Source of the DNA: Chiloscyllium plagiosum
Lineage: Eukaryota
Direction of reading: 5' to 3'
DNA: 64,000 bases
Assembly: GCF_004010195.1 (NCBI RefSeq)
Contig: NC_057718.1
Span: 72,204,071-72,268,070 of the forward strand
In this document: in pieces, positions 13,696 to 26,080 of the stretch
How positions within the stretch are numbered: the first letter of the stretch is position 1
Layout of the letters: each line of letters opens with the position of its first letter
Notes under the pieces: model-generated
Databases searched by the model: none
The model's input: the letters and a program-made list of their open reading frames with translations, nothing else
What the model was told of the DNA's origin: nothing
Made by a program: the position numbers and the translations under genes

Positions 13696-14058
13696 CTTCT
13701 CCCCCACTTTCGCCAGCTTGGGGAGATGACGTTTGGAATGGTGCTGCTACTGCTCAGTCTGAAAGACTTCCACCTGAAACATGTTCACTTCTGGTGACAG
13801 ATATTCATCTGCCTGTCCTGGCTGGAAGTCGAGCATGAGTGCTGCTTACTGGGTGTTCTGGTCAGTGAAGGGTGTGCAGTGTCATGCCCAAAAGGATGTG
13901 GGGCACCTCTGGAGGAAATGCTCGACTTCCAGCCAGGCCAGGCAGATGAATATCTGTCACCAGAAGTGGACATGTTTCAGGTGGAAGTCTTTCAGACTGA
14001 GCAGTAGCAGCACCATTCCAAACGTCATCTCCCCAAGCTGGCGAAAGTGGGGGAGAAG
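13696..14058. repeat. 141-bp inverted repeat (13696-13836 / 13918-14058, 2 mismatches) with an 81-bp spacer
   Basis: Direct reverse-complement comparison of the two arms. Confidence 0.95.
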
Positions 14059-14203
14059 GAGTCCAAAAAGAGTAGGACATTCATTAAAATGACCCTCTGA
14101 GAAACTATTTCCAGAGGGTATAAAGGCAAGAACTTCTCAACCGACAGTAAGCCCCTTCTCCAGGGAGAGGTGCACTGCCCACTCAGTCTTCAGGAAGAAT
14201 ATA

Positions 14204-14439
14204 GACAAAAGTGAGGACTGCAGATGCTGCAAACCAGAGTTAGATCAGAGTGGTGTTGGAAAAGCACAGCAGGTCAGGCAGCATTCGAGGAGCAGGAAAA
14301 TCAACATTTCGGGCAAAAGCCCTTCATCAGGATTAGAGGTTCTATTCCTGATAAAGGGTTTTTGCCCGAAATGTCAATTTTCCTGCTCTTCGGATGCTGC
14401 CAGGCCTGTTGTGCTTTTCCAGCACCACTCTGATCTAAA
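14204..14439. mobile_element. Penelope-derived palindromic insertion with two back-to-back hammerhead motifs
   Basis: Inverted arms of about 100 bp. TSD cttcaggaagaa(t/c)ata at 14188-14203 and 14440-14455. Confidence 0.85.
14299..14334 (-). ncRNA. Minimal type I hammerhead ribozyme motif
   Basis: AAUC-CUGAUGA-A-GGGC(UUUU)GCCC-GAAA-UG-UU/GAUU. Canonical core, 4-bp stem I and 4-bp stem II. Helix III is probably CpG-decayed from ACGU. Confidence 0.7.
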
Positions 14440-14859
14440 CTTCAGGAAGAACATAACCTTCCTGTACATCTTCAATGCAGTGACAATGGTGGGGGCACTG
14501 ACCACCCCTGCCGAGCCTTCATCAGGCTCCTGTCCGAAATGTCAATTTTCCTGCTCCTTGGATGCTGCCTGATCTGCTGTGCTTTTCCAGCACCACCCTA
14601 ATCTTGACTCTCAATCAGCTTCAGCTGCTCTCAGCTACAAACAGGTGTTGCCACTCCAGCTTTCCAGTTTCAATTACAGCAGCAGAGTGCAGACTCCAAA
14701 TGCACTACCCTCCACAAGGAAAGTAACCCTCCTCTACTACACTTTATATCCACTCTTCTAGCCACTTTTGTATCCAAATGGTTAGTTTTCTCACCTTGCA
14801 TGTGATCTAAACTTGTTAACCACAAGGTATGCATGCTTGATAAATCTTCTGGAATTTTT

Positions 14860-15870
14860 TCAGGATGTGATGAAGAGAGAAGACAAGGGTGAATTAGTGG
14901 GTGATGTGTATCTAGACATCCAAAAGGCTTTTGAATAAGCTCCCACACAAGAGATTAGTAAGCAAAGTTAAAGCTCTTGTATTGGAGGCAATGTATTGAC
15001 ATGGATAGAGAACTGGTTGGCAGACAGTTGAAATAAATGGGTCCTTTTCAGAATGGCAGGCTAGATACTACAAGGTTCAGTGCTTGGACCCCAGCTGTTC
15101 ACAATATATAATACAGGTTTGGATAAAGGAAGTGAATGTAATATCTCCTAATTTGCATATTGGGAGTTGAGTGGTAGTGTGTGCTGTGAAGAGGATACTC
15201 AAGAGGCTGCAGAGTGACTTGGAAGGCTGGCTGAATGGGCAAATATGCAGCAAATCCAAAATATTTGGTCACAAAAACAAGGTGGCAGATTATGATTTGA
15301 ATGATGGTAGCTTAGGAGAAACTGAGATGCAATGAGGCCTGCGTGTTATGTTCTAGTCTTCATAGTGAGAGGATTTGAGTATGAGTAGGGACTCAGTTGT
15401 ACTGGGCCTTAGTGAGGCTACTCCTTGAGAACCATGTGCAAGTTTGATCTCCAAGTCTGGAGGCTTGGACATTCATGCTATTGAGGGAGTCCAGTGAAAG
15501 TTCACCAGACTGATTTCTGGGATGGCAGGACTGACTTATAAAGTAAGAATGGATCAACTGGGCTTGTACTTGCTGGAATTTAGAAGAATGAGGCAGGATG
15601 TGAAAGGAACATGTAAAATCCTGATGACAGGCTAGGTGTGGGAGGAGTATTCCTGATGTTGGGGAAGTCAGGAACTAGGGGTCACAATCTAAGAATAAGA
15701 AGTAAGATGAGGAAGAATCTTTTCACTCTGCGAATTTTGAACCTGTAGAATTCTCTACTGCAGAAAGCTATTGAGGGCCAGTTCATTCATTTATCCAAGA
15801 CAGAGCTGGATGTGACCCTTGCAGTTAAAAGGATCAAGGGGTATGGACAGAAAGTGGGAGTGAGATACTT
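14860..15870 (+). mobile_element. Old decayed CR1 3' half
   Basis: Degenerate DIQKAF / VLGPQLF / NLWNSL-type RT and 3' motifs. Confidence 0.7.
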
Positions 15871-15924
15871 ACCCAGAACCAGAATTTTGTTTTCAGCGGT
15901 TGTTGCTGGTGCCTCAGCAGGATT

Positions 15925-16014
15925 CCTGAAGAAGGGCTTGTGCCCGAAATGTCGATTGTCTTGCTCCTTGGATGCTGCCTGACCTGCTGCGCTTTTCCAG
16001 CAACACATTTTTCA
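15925..16014 (+). mobile_element. Penelope-derived mini-insertion with hammerhead core (CUGAAGA 15926-15932, GAAAUGUC 15946-15953)
   Basis: TSD gcctcagcaggatt at 15911-15924 and 16015-16028. Confidence 0.8.
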
Positions 16015-17079
16015 GCCTCAGCAGGATTGGAAGGTGCAGTAAAACTGTCCCAGCTGCTTCACACTCTCTCAATTTTATCTTTTCTTTCCTCTTGGGCTGC
16101 TGAATTTGCATGTTTTCTGAATTTGGCCAAGGGTGAATTTATGGGATGTTACTATATTGGAACAGTTAATAGATAAAGTAACTATTATGAATTATTTAAG
16201 TTTTCCAGTAGAGTTGTTATTCCAATTCCTCCTTTCTTTGTTGTTTTAACTATAATGAATGAATAAAGTATGCTTTGCTTTAAATCTAGTTTATTGGCCA
16301 ATCAAATTGCATCTGGAATACAACAGCTTACATTTACCTTTTACCTTTTTTAAAATAAGAAACAGTTTGGGTCTAGACTACCTTCTGTAGGTGGGTTTGT
16401 CTGGTACATAACACTAGATACCAAGTTGTCACAGTTCTTATTTAATTATAGGACTGTGTGCATGTTTGGTCTCCAAGTCTGGAGGCTTGGACATTCATGC
16501 AACTACAGGGGTAGTACTGGCAGAGTTGCTAATGGGTAGAAGACCTCACACCAGGCTGAGTCTGATCTTCCTGCATCTGGGGAGAGGGTGAAATGGTATT
16601 GGGAGCTCTGATGCCAAATCCAGAACCCAAGCTGACGCTTAACAGGTCTAGGCAGTGGGCCGTAGAGGGGCTTGTTTTGGCCGACTATCATCCCTTCTCT
16701 GTGGCTACATTCATGCTTGGACGTATCTGGAGCAGAAGCACATGGTATCCACCACCACTCTCGAGGTCTTTACGGATGGGAGGGCACCACTGGATGTGCA
16801 ACGCTTTGCTTCCCCTTCCAATCTATTTTGATTTAATCTGTACCTTGACCTTCACTTTTTCATTTACGTAGGCATTGCATGACAGGGGTCTGCGAGTTAT
16901 TGTTTTCCTGGCCACATGGGTGTTTTTCTTGGAGGTGAAGTATTAATCCTAGTGTTTTCACTGTCTCGCATGTACATGGGCAAAAGTAAGCACGACTGCT
17001 GTATGGCAGTAGTGTAGGGGCATAAAAAAACATAAATAGTAGATTTCCCTCCTCCTGGTTTTGTCATAAACATACAAAG

Positions 17080-20000
17080 AACACTGATTCACCTCTGGGG
17101 CAAATAGATGCACTGGGTCATGACACTGGTTCTGAATCTCTGGATTGAGGAGGTTGCTGGCAGTGCATCGGCATTTTCCATCAGACCTTGCAGTGATTAT
17201 CTTTATGATGAACCTCCTCCTAGGTATTGCATCCTGGCAACATATTTTTTCTACCAGGTGTGTAACCTCAACAGTGACAGACAGCTCCTGTTTATTGGCT
17301 GCGATGGTTTGGAGGTCGCCTTCAGGATGCTGCCTGACATTTACCAGGACCTAATCACTTCTGGGACATGGTTGACTTGAGCCAGGCCTACACTCTGGCA
17401 GGAGTAGAGGCTATTGTCAGAGAGCCATCGCTCAGGAACCTGCACTTCCACAATCACAGGTTCGAGTGGCTGGTAGAGGACCCCAGCAGTGGGGGTGAGC
17501 ATGGTTTGGGATATACTGGATGGTGGGGGCCTGGTCTGAATGCTGCAGCAGGAATTGGCATCTAGGGCGATGGTAGACATCCAGCTTGTTACCACTGGCA
17601 TCCAACGCCTTAAAACAGCACTGCTTGGATCTGACATTGTATACCAGTCGGAGGATGCTCAGGTGTGCAGTGAAATCCAGTCTGTGCATAACCCCTGCAT
17701 GAATGAACTTTCACAATGGTCCCAGGCTCCTGTACTTCCCCTCGATGCCTGTGCCCAACAGCCTGAAATTTACGTTGTATGTCTTTTAAGGAAGCAAAAC
17801 AGTGGGCCCTTTATAAACTGCAGTTGCACACCATCATTGATTAGAAATGTTATAGCTCTAGTACGTCAGATGGATCAGTTTTTGTCCAATGTGTACAGGC
17901 GTGTTTCTGACACAGTATGTCGAAGGGTTGACAAGAGGGGAGGCCACACTGGATCTCCTGCTGGGAATGAACCAGGCCAGGTGTTTGATTTAGTTATAAG
18001 TGAGCACTTTGGAGAGAGTGACCATAATTCAGTTGCGTTTAGTTTAGTAATGGAAAGGGATCGGTACATGCCACAGGTCAAGAGTTATCGATGGGGCAAG
18101 GACAATTATAATGCGATAAGGCAAGAATTAGGATGCATAGAATGGGGTAGCAAAATGCAGGGGATGCAGACAATTGAAATGAGGAGCTGGTTTAAGGAAC
18201 AGATATTAGGTGTCCTTGATAGGTATGTCCTTGTCAACAGGGAGGAAGTGATAAGGGAAGGGAACCATAGTTTACTACAGAAATTGCATCTCTTGTTAAG
18301 AAAAAAGTGGCTTACGTGTTGATGAGGCACCATGATACAGATGAAGTGATGGAGAGTTACAGATCAGCTAGGAAGGATTTAAAGAGAGAGTTAAGAAGAG
18401 CAAAGAGAGGATGAGCAGTCTTTAGCAAATAGAATAAAGGAGAACACTAAAGCTTTCTATATAGGTATGTGAGGAATAAAAGGATGATTAGGGTAGGAAT
18501 AGGGCCAGTCAAAGACAGAAGCAGGAAGTTGAGAAGTGAACCCTGTAAAGATCGGAGAGGTGCTAAATGAATATTTCTCATCGGTGTTTACTCAGGAAAA
18601 GGAGAATATTGTAGAGGAGAAGAATGAGGTATGAGATATTAGACGAGAAAGGATTTAGGTTAGTTATGCACAGGTGTTATCAATTCTAGAAGGAGTGAAA
18701 ATAGACAAGTCCTCTGGGCCAGATGGGATTTATCCGAGGATTCTCAGGGAAGCTAAGGAGGAGATAGCAGAGCCTTTGGCTTTGATATTTGAATTGTCAT
18801 TGTCTGCGGGTTTAGTACCTGAGAACTGGAGGATTGCAAATGTTGTGCCCTTGTTCAAGAAGGGCAGCGGAGATGACCCAGGTAATTATAGACCAGTGAG
18901 CCTTACTTCTGTTGTAGGAAAAGTTTTGGAAAGGATTATAAGAGATAAGACTTTTAATCATCTAGCAAGTAACAGTTTGATTTCAGGTAGTCAACATGGT
19001 TTCATCAAGGGCAGGTCGTGTTTCTCAAACTTCATTGAGTTTTTTGAGATGGTGACCAAGCATGTAGATGAGGTAGGGCAGTTGACGTGGTACACTTGGA
19101 CTTCAGTAAAGCCTTTGATAAGGTTCCACATGGTAAGCTGATGGAGAAAATGCAGAGGCATGGAATTGAGGGTGATTTAGCAGTTTGGATTAGAAACTGG
19201 CTTTCTGGAAGAAGACAGCGAGTGGTGGTTGATGGAAAATATTCAGTTAGGAGTCCAGTTACTAGTGGTGTTCCACAAGGATCTGTTTTGGGACCACTGC
19301 TGTTTGTCATTTTTATAAATGACTTAGACGCAGGCATAGATGGATGGATTAGTAAATTTGCAGACGACACTAAAGTCTGTGGAGTAGTGGACAGTTTGGA
19401 AGAATGTTACAGGTTGCACGGGGAATTGGATAAACTGCAGAATTAGGCTGAGAGGTGGCAAATGGAGTTCAATGCAGCTAAATGTGAGGTGGCAAATGGA
19501 GTTCAATGCAGCTAAATGTGAATTGATGCACTTTGGGAAGAATAACAGGATTACAGAGTACATCATCAATGGAAAGATTCTTGGTAGTGTGGATGTGCAG
19601 AGGGATCTTGGAGTCCATGTGCATTGATCCCTGAAAGTTGCCACCCAGGTAGATAGTGCTGTTAAGAAGGCATACGGTGTGTTAGGTTTCATTGGTAGAG
19701 GGATTGAGTTCCGGCACCTCAATATCATGTTGCACCTATACAAAATGCTGGTGCGGCCACACTTGGAATATTGTGTACAGTTCTGGTTGCCCCATTACAA
19801 AAAGGAAGCATTGGAAAAGGTGCACAGGAAATTTGCCAGGATGTTGCCTGGTCTGGAGCAAAGGTCTTATGAGGAAAGGCTGAGAGACTTGGGTCTTTTC
19901 TCATTGGAAAGAAGAAGGCTAAGGGGGGATTTGATAGAGACATATAAGATGATTAGAGGATTAGATAGGGTAGACAGAGAAAGACTTTTTCCTAGGATGA

Positions 20001-20965
20001 TGACGTCAGCTTGTACGAGAGGACATAACTACAAATTGAGGGGTGATAGATTTAAGACTGATGTCAAAGGCAAGTTCTTTACACAGAGAGTGGTAAGGGT
20101 GTGGAATGCCCTACCTGCTAAGGTAGTCAACTCAACCAGATTAGGGAGATTTAAACAATCCTTAGATAAGCTCATGGATGATTTTGGGATAATGTAGGGG
20201 GAACGAGCTGAGAAAAGTCCACAGGTCGGCGCAACATTGAGGTCCGAAGGGCCTGTTCTGCGCTGTAATGTTCTATATTTTATCCACCTCTTCTCCCTCA
20301 TCCACCATTTGGATACACCTTGGCATGCCCATTTACCACCAGGCTGTGGGGATTCCCACTGAAGGGGTCTCTACATGGGGGCTCTCTCTCTTTTGCCTTA
20401 GGGATCTGGGATGGAGGATGTTGCATGCAGCAATCCCTTGCAACCACAGATTGCAATGGTTCATGGACTCCCAGCCCAATTATTTCTTTTGCAGTGCTGT
20501 GTAGTTCGTGGACCATGTGTATACTGATTGTGGGTATTTGCACTCCCTTTTCAGTTAATTACCTTTTGCTCTCTTTTTGGTTGCTTTTCAGTCCCATGCT
20601 CCTGCTATTTGAGTACTTGGTGCCAAGGAGTGCGGAGGATCTTCTTGTGGGTCTGCTCCTGGCCATGGCATTTCAGCTGACTGCGTGCCTCTCTTCCATG
20701 GTTGCGTTCAAGCCTGGGTGTCCTTGGAGAGGGAGTATGTGGTGTCCACCAATGCCCTAGATGCCTTTAAGGAGAGGTGGGCACTACAGGGGGTGGAGTG
20801 CCTTATTTGCCCCTCTAATTCCACTTTAATTTTGATTCAATCCCTACTCTCCCCTTCACTTTTTTCACGTAAGCATTATCGGGCTTTGCTTGGTACTGGT
20901 TCTGTGGCCACATTGGTGTTTTCCTGTTGGTGTAAATATTGAATAAAGTTTTTTGCACATGATGT
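17080..20965 (+). mobile_element. Tx1-clade LINE ORF2 3' portion, interrupted by a CR1
   Basis: YLYDEPPPRYCILATYFFYQV...LPDIYQDLI (17108-17380) and the C-terminal DLGWRMLHAAIPCNHRLQWFMDSQPNYFFC (20268-20504). 3'UTR ends tgaataaag. Confidence 0.7.
17840..20280 (+). mobile_element. 5'-truncated CR1 LINE (APE C-terminus to 3'UTR)
   Basis: ORFs 18674-20197 carry PGNYRPVSLTS, DFSKAFDKVPH, GVPQGSVLGP, SKFADDTK and RPHLEYCVQFW. Confidence 0.92.
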
Positions 20966-20979
20966 CTTCTCTGAGTCTC

Positions 20980-21735
20980 TGTACATACAAATCAACACAG
21001 GTGCTGTGGGAAAAGAAATATATATATAGACAGCAAATTCAGAGTCTCCTTGCTTCAGGGATAGAATCCAAGCCAAGGTACATGTACACATGTAAATAAA
21101 GGGTGATGTGGTGACATGATACTGGTCTGTTTGCAATTATTTCATTTGGGTTGGTCCAACTGTCCTGAATAAGTACACAGACCATTTGAAAGCTGCAAAT
21201 TTGCAGATTACATGGATGCAAAATCCGCCCTGCACCTTAAAGCCTTCACAAATACTTCAAGGTCTCATTAATTCATCCTTTCTCTCAAACATTGTGAAGT
21301 CCTCTGAATCAGAGATAGACATGTCGGAAATACGCCTCAATGCTTCTGCCTTCAGAAGAAGGGACTGGAAGTCTATCAAGGCATTCCAGGTGCAAGAAGC
21401 AAACTCCGGTTTGTTACATGCTTCCTCTGTTGGTTTCCATGTTAGAGGACCTGGTGTTACATGCCGGAGGAAGCGCTCAAAGGAATCAGACCACCCCTTG
21501 TCTGTGGACTCAGAGTCAGAGGAATGTCGTGATTGGAATGAGGTTAGCACATTGGACGTCTTAGAATATGAGCTGTTAATATGGTTACATCAGGGACACC
21601 TGGCTGGTAAGAAGGATGAATGTCGGGCCCCAAATGCTTGACTCAGTGATAGGCAATGCTGTTTTCATAGTTCATGCATTTATAGATAAAGGGTGATTGA
21701 TGTTGGGATGCTGGCCTCTGATGAGTTATTCCAGT
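20980..21735 (+). mobile_element. Probable Gypsy-type LTR retrotransposon remnant
   Basis: Two related LTR-like pieces (ataaagggtga...tggcctctg-like) at about 21080-21135 and 21670-21735 flank an integrase-tail-like VLNKYTDHLK stretch. A similar LTR-like piece lies at about 37110-37230 (-). Confidence 0.4.
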
Positions 21736-21939
21736 TCTGTGTTTAATTCTATAGAGAAGTTGTTGGCCAGAGACTGTAGCATTCAGGTCAGGATGGTCCA
21801 CTGCTTTTATTCTGCCAGGAAGTAAATGCAGGGTGCTCTTGAGAACACAAACATATAAACAAGGAACAAGATTATTCCTTTAGGGTCATCAATAAAATCA
21901 GATGTTAATCTGAAATCTAGTCCTGCATATCCCAACTCA

Positions 21940-22360
21940 CTTCACCTGACGAAGGAGCAGCACTCTAAAAGCTTGTGGTTTCAAATAAACCTGTTGAACC
22001 ACTGTGCCACCGTGGGGGCGGCACGGTGGTTAGCACTGCTGCCTCACAGCACCAGAGACCCGGGTTCAATTCCCGCCTCAGGCGACTGACTGTGTGGAGT
22101 TTGCACGTTCCCCCCGTGTCTGCGTGGATTTCCTCCGGGTGCTCTGGTTTCCTCCCACAGTCCAAAGATGTGCAGGTCAGGTGAATTGGCCATACTAAAT
22201 TGCCTGTAGTGTTAGGTAAGGGGTAAATGTAGGGGTATGGGTGGGTTGCACTTCGGCGGGTCGGTGTGGACTTGTTGGGCCAAAGGGCCTGTTTCCACAC
22301 TGTAATGTAATGTAATCTAATCTAATGAACTATAAGCTGGTGTTGTGTGACTTCTGACCT
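21940..22360 (+). mobile_element. Penelope 3' tail (second family) with degenerate hammerhead, split by a SINE
   Basis: cac-CTGACGA-aggagcagcactct-AAAA-gctt-gtg...aaataaacctgttg, continuing after the SINE as tataagctggtgttgtgtga. Same tail as at 56700-56795 (-). Confidence 0.65.
22000..22326 (+). mobile_element. HE1-type SINE with an inverted 5' head
   Basis: Full SINE body from 22016, preceded by cactgtgccaccgtg, the reverse complement of the SINE head. Short TSD tgaac. Confidence 0.88.
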
Positions 22361-22479
22361 GGTTTTAAATGGGCATCCCCTTATCTTTAAACTAGTTCTA
22401 GAATCTCCCACCAGAAGAAACATTCTTTCGACATTCACCTGGACATGTTTCCTCAGAATCTTATAAGTTTGGACTTTTT

Positions 22480-22880
22480 TTCTTCTTTATGTCATGTGTG
22501 TGCAGGTGTACGACACAGTGAAGAACAACAAGTGTGTAAATCTTTATTTATATTTCACCATCACCAGGAAGAAAACACCCAGGTGGCCAGTGACAAGCAA
22601 TGCCCTTCTCATCAAAGGGCAATGCTGTGTGATCAAAAAAAGAGAGGGGGAGGGCAGGGATAAAATCAAAATAGAGTTGAAGGGGAAATAAAACACTCCA
22701 CTCCCTGCGGTGCCCACTTCTCCCTGAAAATCTCAAGAGTGTTGATAGACACCGCGTGCTCCTTCTCCAGGGACACATGGCCTTGAACATAACCACAGAA
22801 GAGGGGCAGGCAATTGGCCATAACCACCTCCTCCACAGCCCGCTGCCTGGACCCATTTATGGCCAGTTTGGCCTCTTATA
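22480..22880 (-). mobile_element. Tx1-type LINE 3' end
   Basis: Homologous to 20660-20960 (tgcctgccc...gtgtccctggagaaggagcacgcggtgtc) with the same 3'UTR. Confidence 0.65.
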
Positions 22881-23499
22881 TGTATGGGATTGTGTCTCTT
22901 AAATAATTAATAGCTAATAATTACTTAATTGATCTAAGTTAATTAACACTTTTCTAAACACCAGAGGATACAGACATAATCCTCTAGCCTTACCTCATAA
23001 GGCAATCTATTCATGCCAGGTATTATGCTTCCAATGCTTCTGTAAGTAGTGACCAGCACTTTTCCACGGTACTTCAGATGTGCTCTCACCAATTCCCTAA
23101 TTGAAACAAAACTTTCGTATTCTTGCATTTATTATACTACACTTGCCAGATCTTTGCCCACTCATTTAACTTCTCTAGATCTCTTTGTTGGCTCCTTTTG
23201 TCCTCGTTACAGCTCACTTTCCCACCTATCTTTGTGGCATCAGTAAATCTAGCTATATTCTTTCGGTCCCCTTCAGCCAAATCATTACAAAGCGTTGAGG
23301 TCCAGGGCTGACCCCTACTTTAATATGTCATTCTAAACAGTTCAAAGTCACAGAACCACAGTTCAAAAGTCAGTTTTCACTCAACTTTTTTTTTAAAATT
23401 TGACTCCTTGCCACATCTAATTGTCTAAGTTTAGTGCAACCAGGAGATTGGAATTTGGAGAAACCCTAGCCAAGCTGAACAACTTGACAGCTGTGGACC

Positions 23500-24560
23500 T
23501 TTTTCTATTCATTTTGTGGGTTGTGGGAGTCGCTGATTGGCCAGTAGTTATTGCCCATCCCTAGTTGCCCTTGAGAAAGTGGTGGTGAACTGCCTTCTTA
23601 GCCACTGCAGTGGGTTGACCCACAATGCCATTAGGGAGGGAATTCCAAGATTTTGACCCAGGAACAGTGAAGAAACTGTGACATATTTCCAAGTCAGGAT
23701 GGTGAGAGGCTTGGAAGGGAATTTGAAAGTGCTGGTGTTCCCATTTATCTGCTGCCCTTGTCCTTCCAGATAGAAGTAATCATGGATTTGGAATGTGCTG
23801 TCTGAAGATCTTTGGTGAATTTCTGAAGTACATCCTGTAGATAGTATATACTGTTGTTGCTGAACTTCGGGGTGGAGGGTTTGAATGTCATGCTAATCAA
23901 GCAGGCTGCTCAGTCCTGGATGGTGTCAAGCTTCTTAAGTGTTGTTGGGGCTGCATCCATCTAGGCAAGTGGGGAGTATTCCATCACACTCTTGACTTGT
24001 GCCTTGTCGGTAGTGGATAGGCTTTTGGGAGTCAGGAAGTGAGTTACTCATTGCAGTATTCCTAGCCTCTAACCTGTTCTTATAGCCTATATGTAGTGAG
24101 TCCAGTTGAGTTTCTGATCAATGAATACTCCCAGGATGTTGATAGTAGGGGATTCAGTGTTGGCAACACCATTGAATGGCAAGAGACAGTGGTTAGATTG
24201 TCTCTTGTTGGTGATGGTCATAGCCTAGCATTATTGTGGGTGATTGTTACTTGCCACTTGTCAGCCCAAGCCTGGATATTGTCCAGATCTTGTTGCATTT
24301 GGACACGGAATGCTTCTGTGTCTGAGGAGTTGCGAATAGTGCTGAACATTGTGCATTCATCGGTGAACATCCCCACTTCTGACCTTATGATGGTCATTGA
24401 TGAAGCAGCTGAAGATGACTGAGCCAAGGTCACTACCCTGAGGAACTCCTGTAGGGACGTTCTGAAGGTGAGATGATTGACCTCCAACAACCATGACCAT
24501 CTTCCTATGTATCAGGTATGACTAACCACTGGATAGTTTGTCCCCTGATAGCCATTGATT
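23500..24560 (-). mobile_element. Non-LTR LINE (CR1/L2-group) RT and 3'UTR fragment, a different family
   Basis: ORF 24218-24490 (GMFTDECTMF...QQDLDNIQAWADKWQVT). The same 3' end recurs at about 43680-44015. Confidence 0.75.
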
Positions 24561-25122
24561 CCAGTTGTGTGCAAGTTAGTGTGTTGCTGTTTCTAAAGGA
24601 AAGTTGCTACTGCATGGAGAGCAGTCACTGGGACATTCTAAATTAAGTCATTTGCCTGAAAAGTATTTGAAGGCTAGATCATAACATAAAAATTTAGTAT
24701 GACATAATAACAATCCACAAATATGACTTTTTTTACTATTTCATCTAACTTTGCATTTCTCTCTTAAAAGAATCTTCAAAAACATGCCCTAGTTTTTGAA
24801 TGTCTTTAATTACTTTTCTTTGAAAGTCAATGTTGTCAAGGCATCATCCACTGGGAACAAAAACATTTACAATGGCTTCCTGTATTCAGATGTTTGTTCA
24901 AGATTATCATATAGTGAACTTTTGTTTGTTTCCTCTTGGTATCACAACTATATAAACACACATTAACTGTTACTAATGAATAACATTAGTTCTATTAAAC
25001 ATGTCAATTTAAGTACAGTTTTGCATACAATCATTTAAAACTATCCTTTTCATAAAATAGATATGTAAGCACATCTAGTCTGTCTTTAATCAATCCACGA
25101 TAATATAATGGTATAGGTCTCA

Positions 25123-25128
25123 TTTATT
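25123..25128 (-). promoter_or_regulatory. Candidate SERAC1 polyadenylation signal (AATAAA)
   Basis: Plus-strand tttatt about 125 nt past the stop, in an AT-rich non-repeat stretch (about 24560-25253, the likely 3'UTR). ATTAAA alternatives at 25085-25090 and 24805-24810. Confidence 0.45.
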
Positions 25129-25253
25129 AAATACGAAAATGTTTAAGATAATCTTTAAATATACATGTACTTAGCTTTTTCAAAATTTTGTTTGGATAAG
25201 GAATAGAATGCAATAAAGCACCCTGTAAAGCCAAAGCTTGGTGAGACTAAGAT

Positions 25254-25390
25254 TCACCTTTTGAATTCAATTTCCAGAGAATCTTTTATAAATTTCAGAC
25301 TCCGCTGGTAAAGAAAGGAATTTCTGCTTCCAGGTTTGCAAATGTTTAGATGATTAACATCCAAGGGAATAAAATCCCCAATTCCCAAGT
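25254..25390 (-). CDS. SERAC1: SERAC1 terminal coding exon (137 nt to TGA), (D)[44 protein letters not shown]
   Basis: Matches recalled SERAC1 C-terminus [20 protein letters not shown]...FLYQRTLQFIREAL. Acceptor atttttcag|AC. Stop TGA at 25256-25254. Confidence 0.95.
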
Positions 25391-25729
25391 CTGAAAAATA
25401 ATTAAAAACTCAATGAATAATACGCAGCATAAAATTATGTAGATTCTATTAAACTAACAGAAAAGATACAGGTATGTATGGTGACAAATAAGATATTCAA
25501 CAAAGACCACATCACCAGCTTCAGTAAGCACATGAGCTAGATACCCAATACTGAGTCAATTAGGTCAGGAAGGTGTATAGTAGCCAGTTCTCTCTCCTCC
25601 CAATGCCATCCTAAAGCTGGTTCCAACAGGTTCACACATGAGTATTTTAGTATGGTTGTTTCCCATTTTTTTCACCTTTTCCAATGAATAAGCACTTGGT
25701 ATCAGTTTATAGGTCCTCAAGAGTGTTAG

Positions 25730-26080
25730 AATACAAGAGTTATACTGCTGAGACTGTATCAGACTGCATGTGGAACACTAAGCAAATTTGGGCCTTGTAT
25801 CAAAAGAAAGATGTGCTGTCATTGGATAGTTTCAGAGGAGGATTAAAAGAATGATCCTGGGGATGAAGGGCTTGTCATATGAGATGCAGTTGAAGACTCT
25901 GGGTCTGTATTCAATGGAGTTTAAAAGCATGAAAGGGTCTTGATTGAAATTTACAGAATACTGATAGGTCTGGATAGAGTGGATGTAGAAAAGATGTTTC
26001 CACTAGTGGAAGAGATTAGGGCTGACGGCACAGCCTCAGAGGGAAGATAAAGATAGATAGGTTTGTGACTGGTAAGGGGA
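25730..26080 (+). mobile_element. Decayed CR1 3' fragment
   Basis: MIPGMKGLSYE / LIEIYRIL / DRVDVEKMFP-like motifs. Confidence 0.7.

Larger units (their letters stand above)
12940..14512 (-). mobile_element. Tx1-clade LINE ORF1 remnant with an internal inversion-duplication
   Basis: Fragments IVTALKMYRKVMFFLKTEWAVHLSLEKGLTVG, LLLPHFRQLGEM and a degenerate zinc knuckle CHAQKDVGHLWRNC resemble Tx1 ORF1. Confidence 0.7.

Noticed and set aside
17540..18322. 260-aa ORF as a possible novel gene
   Set aside because: Chance read-through from decayed Tx1 sequence into the CR1 endonuclease region.
1..24500. Expected neighbouring gene downstream of SERAC1 (SYNJ2 in mammals)
   Set aside because: No recognisable exons. 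The region is almost entirely repeats.
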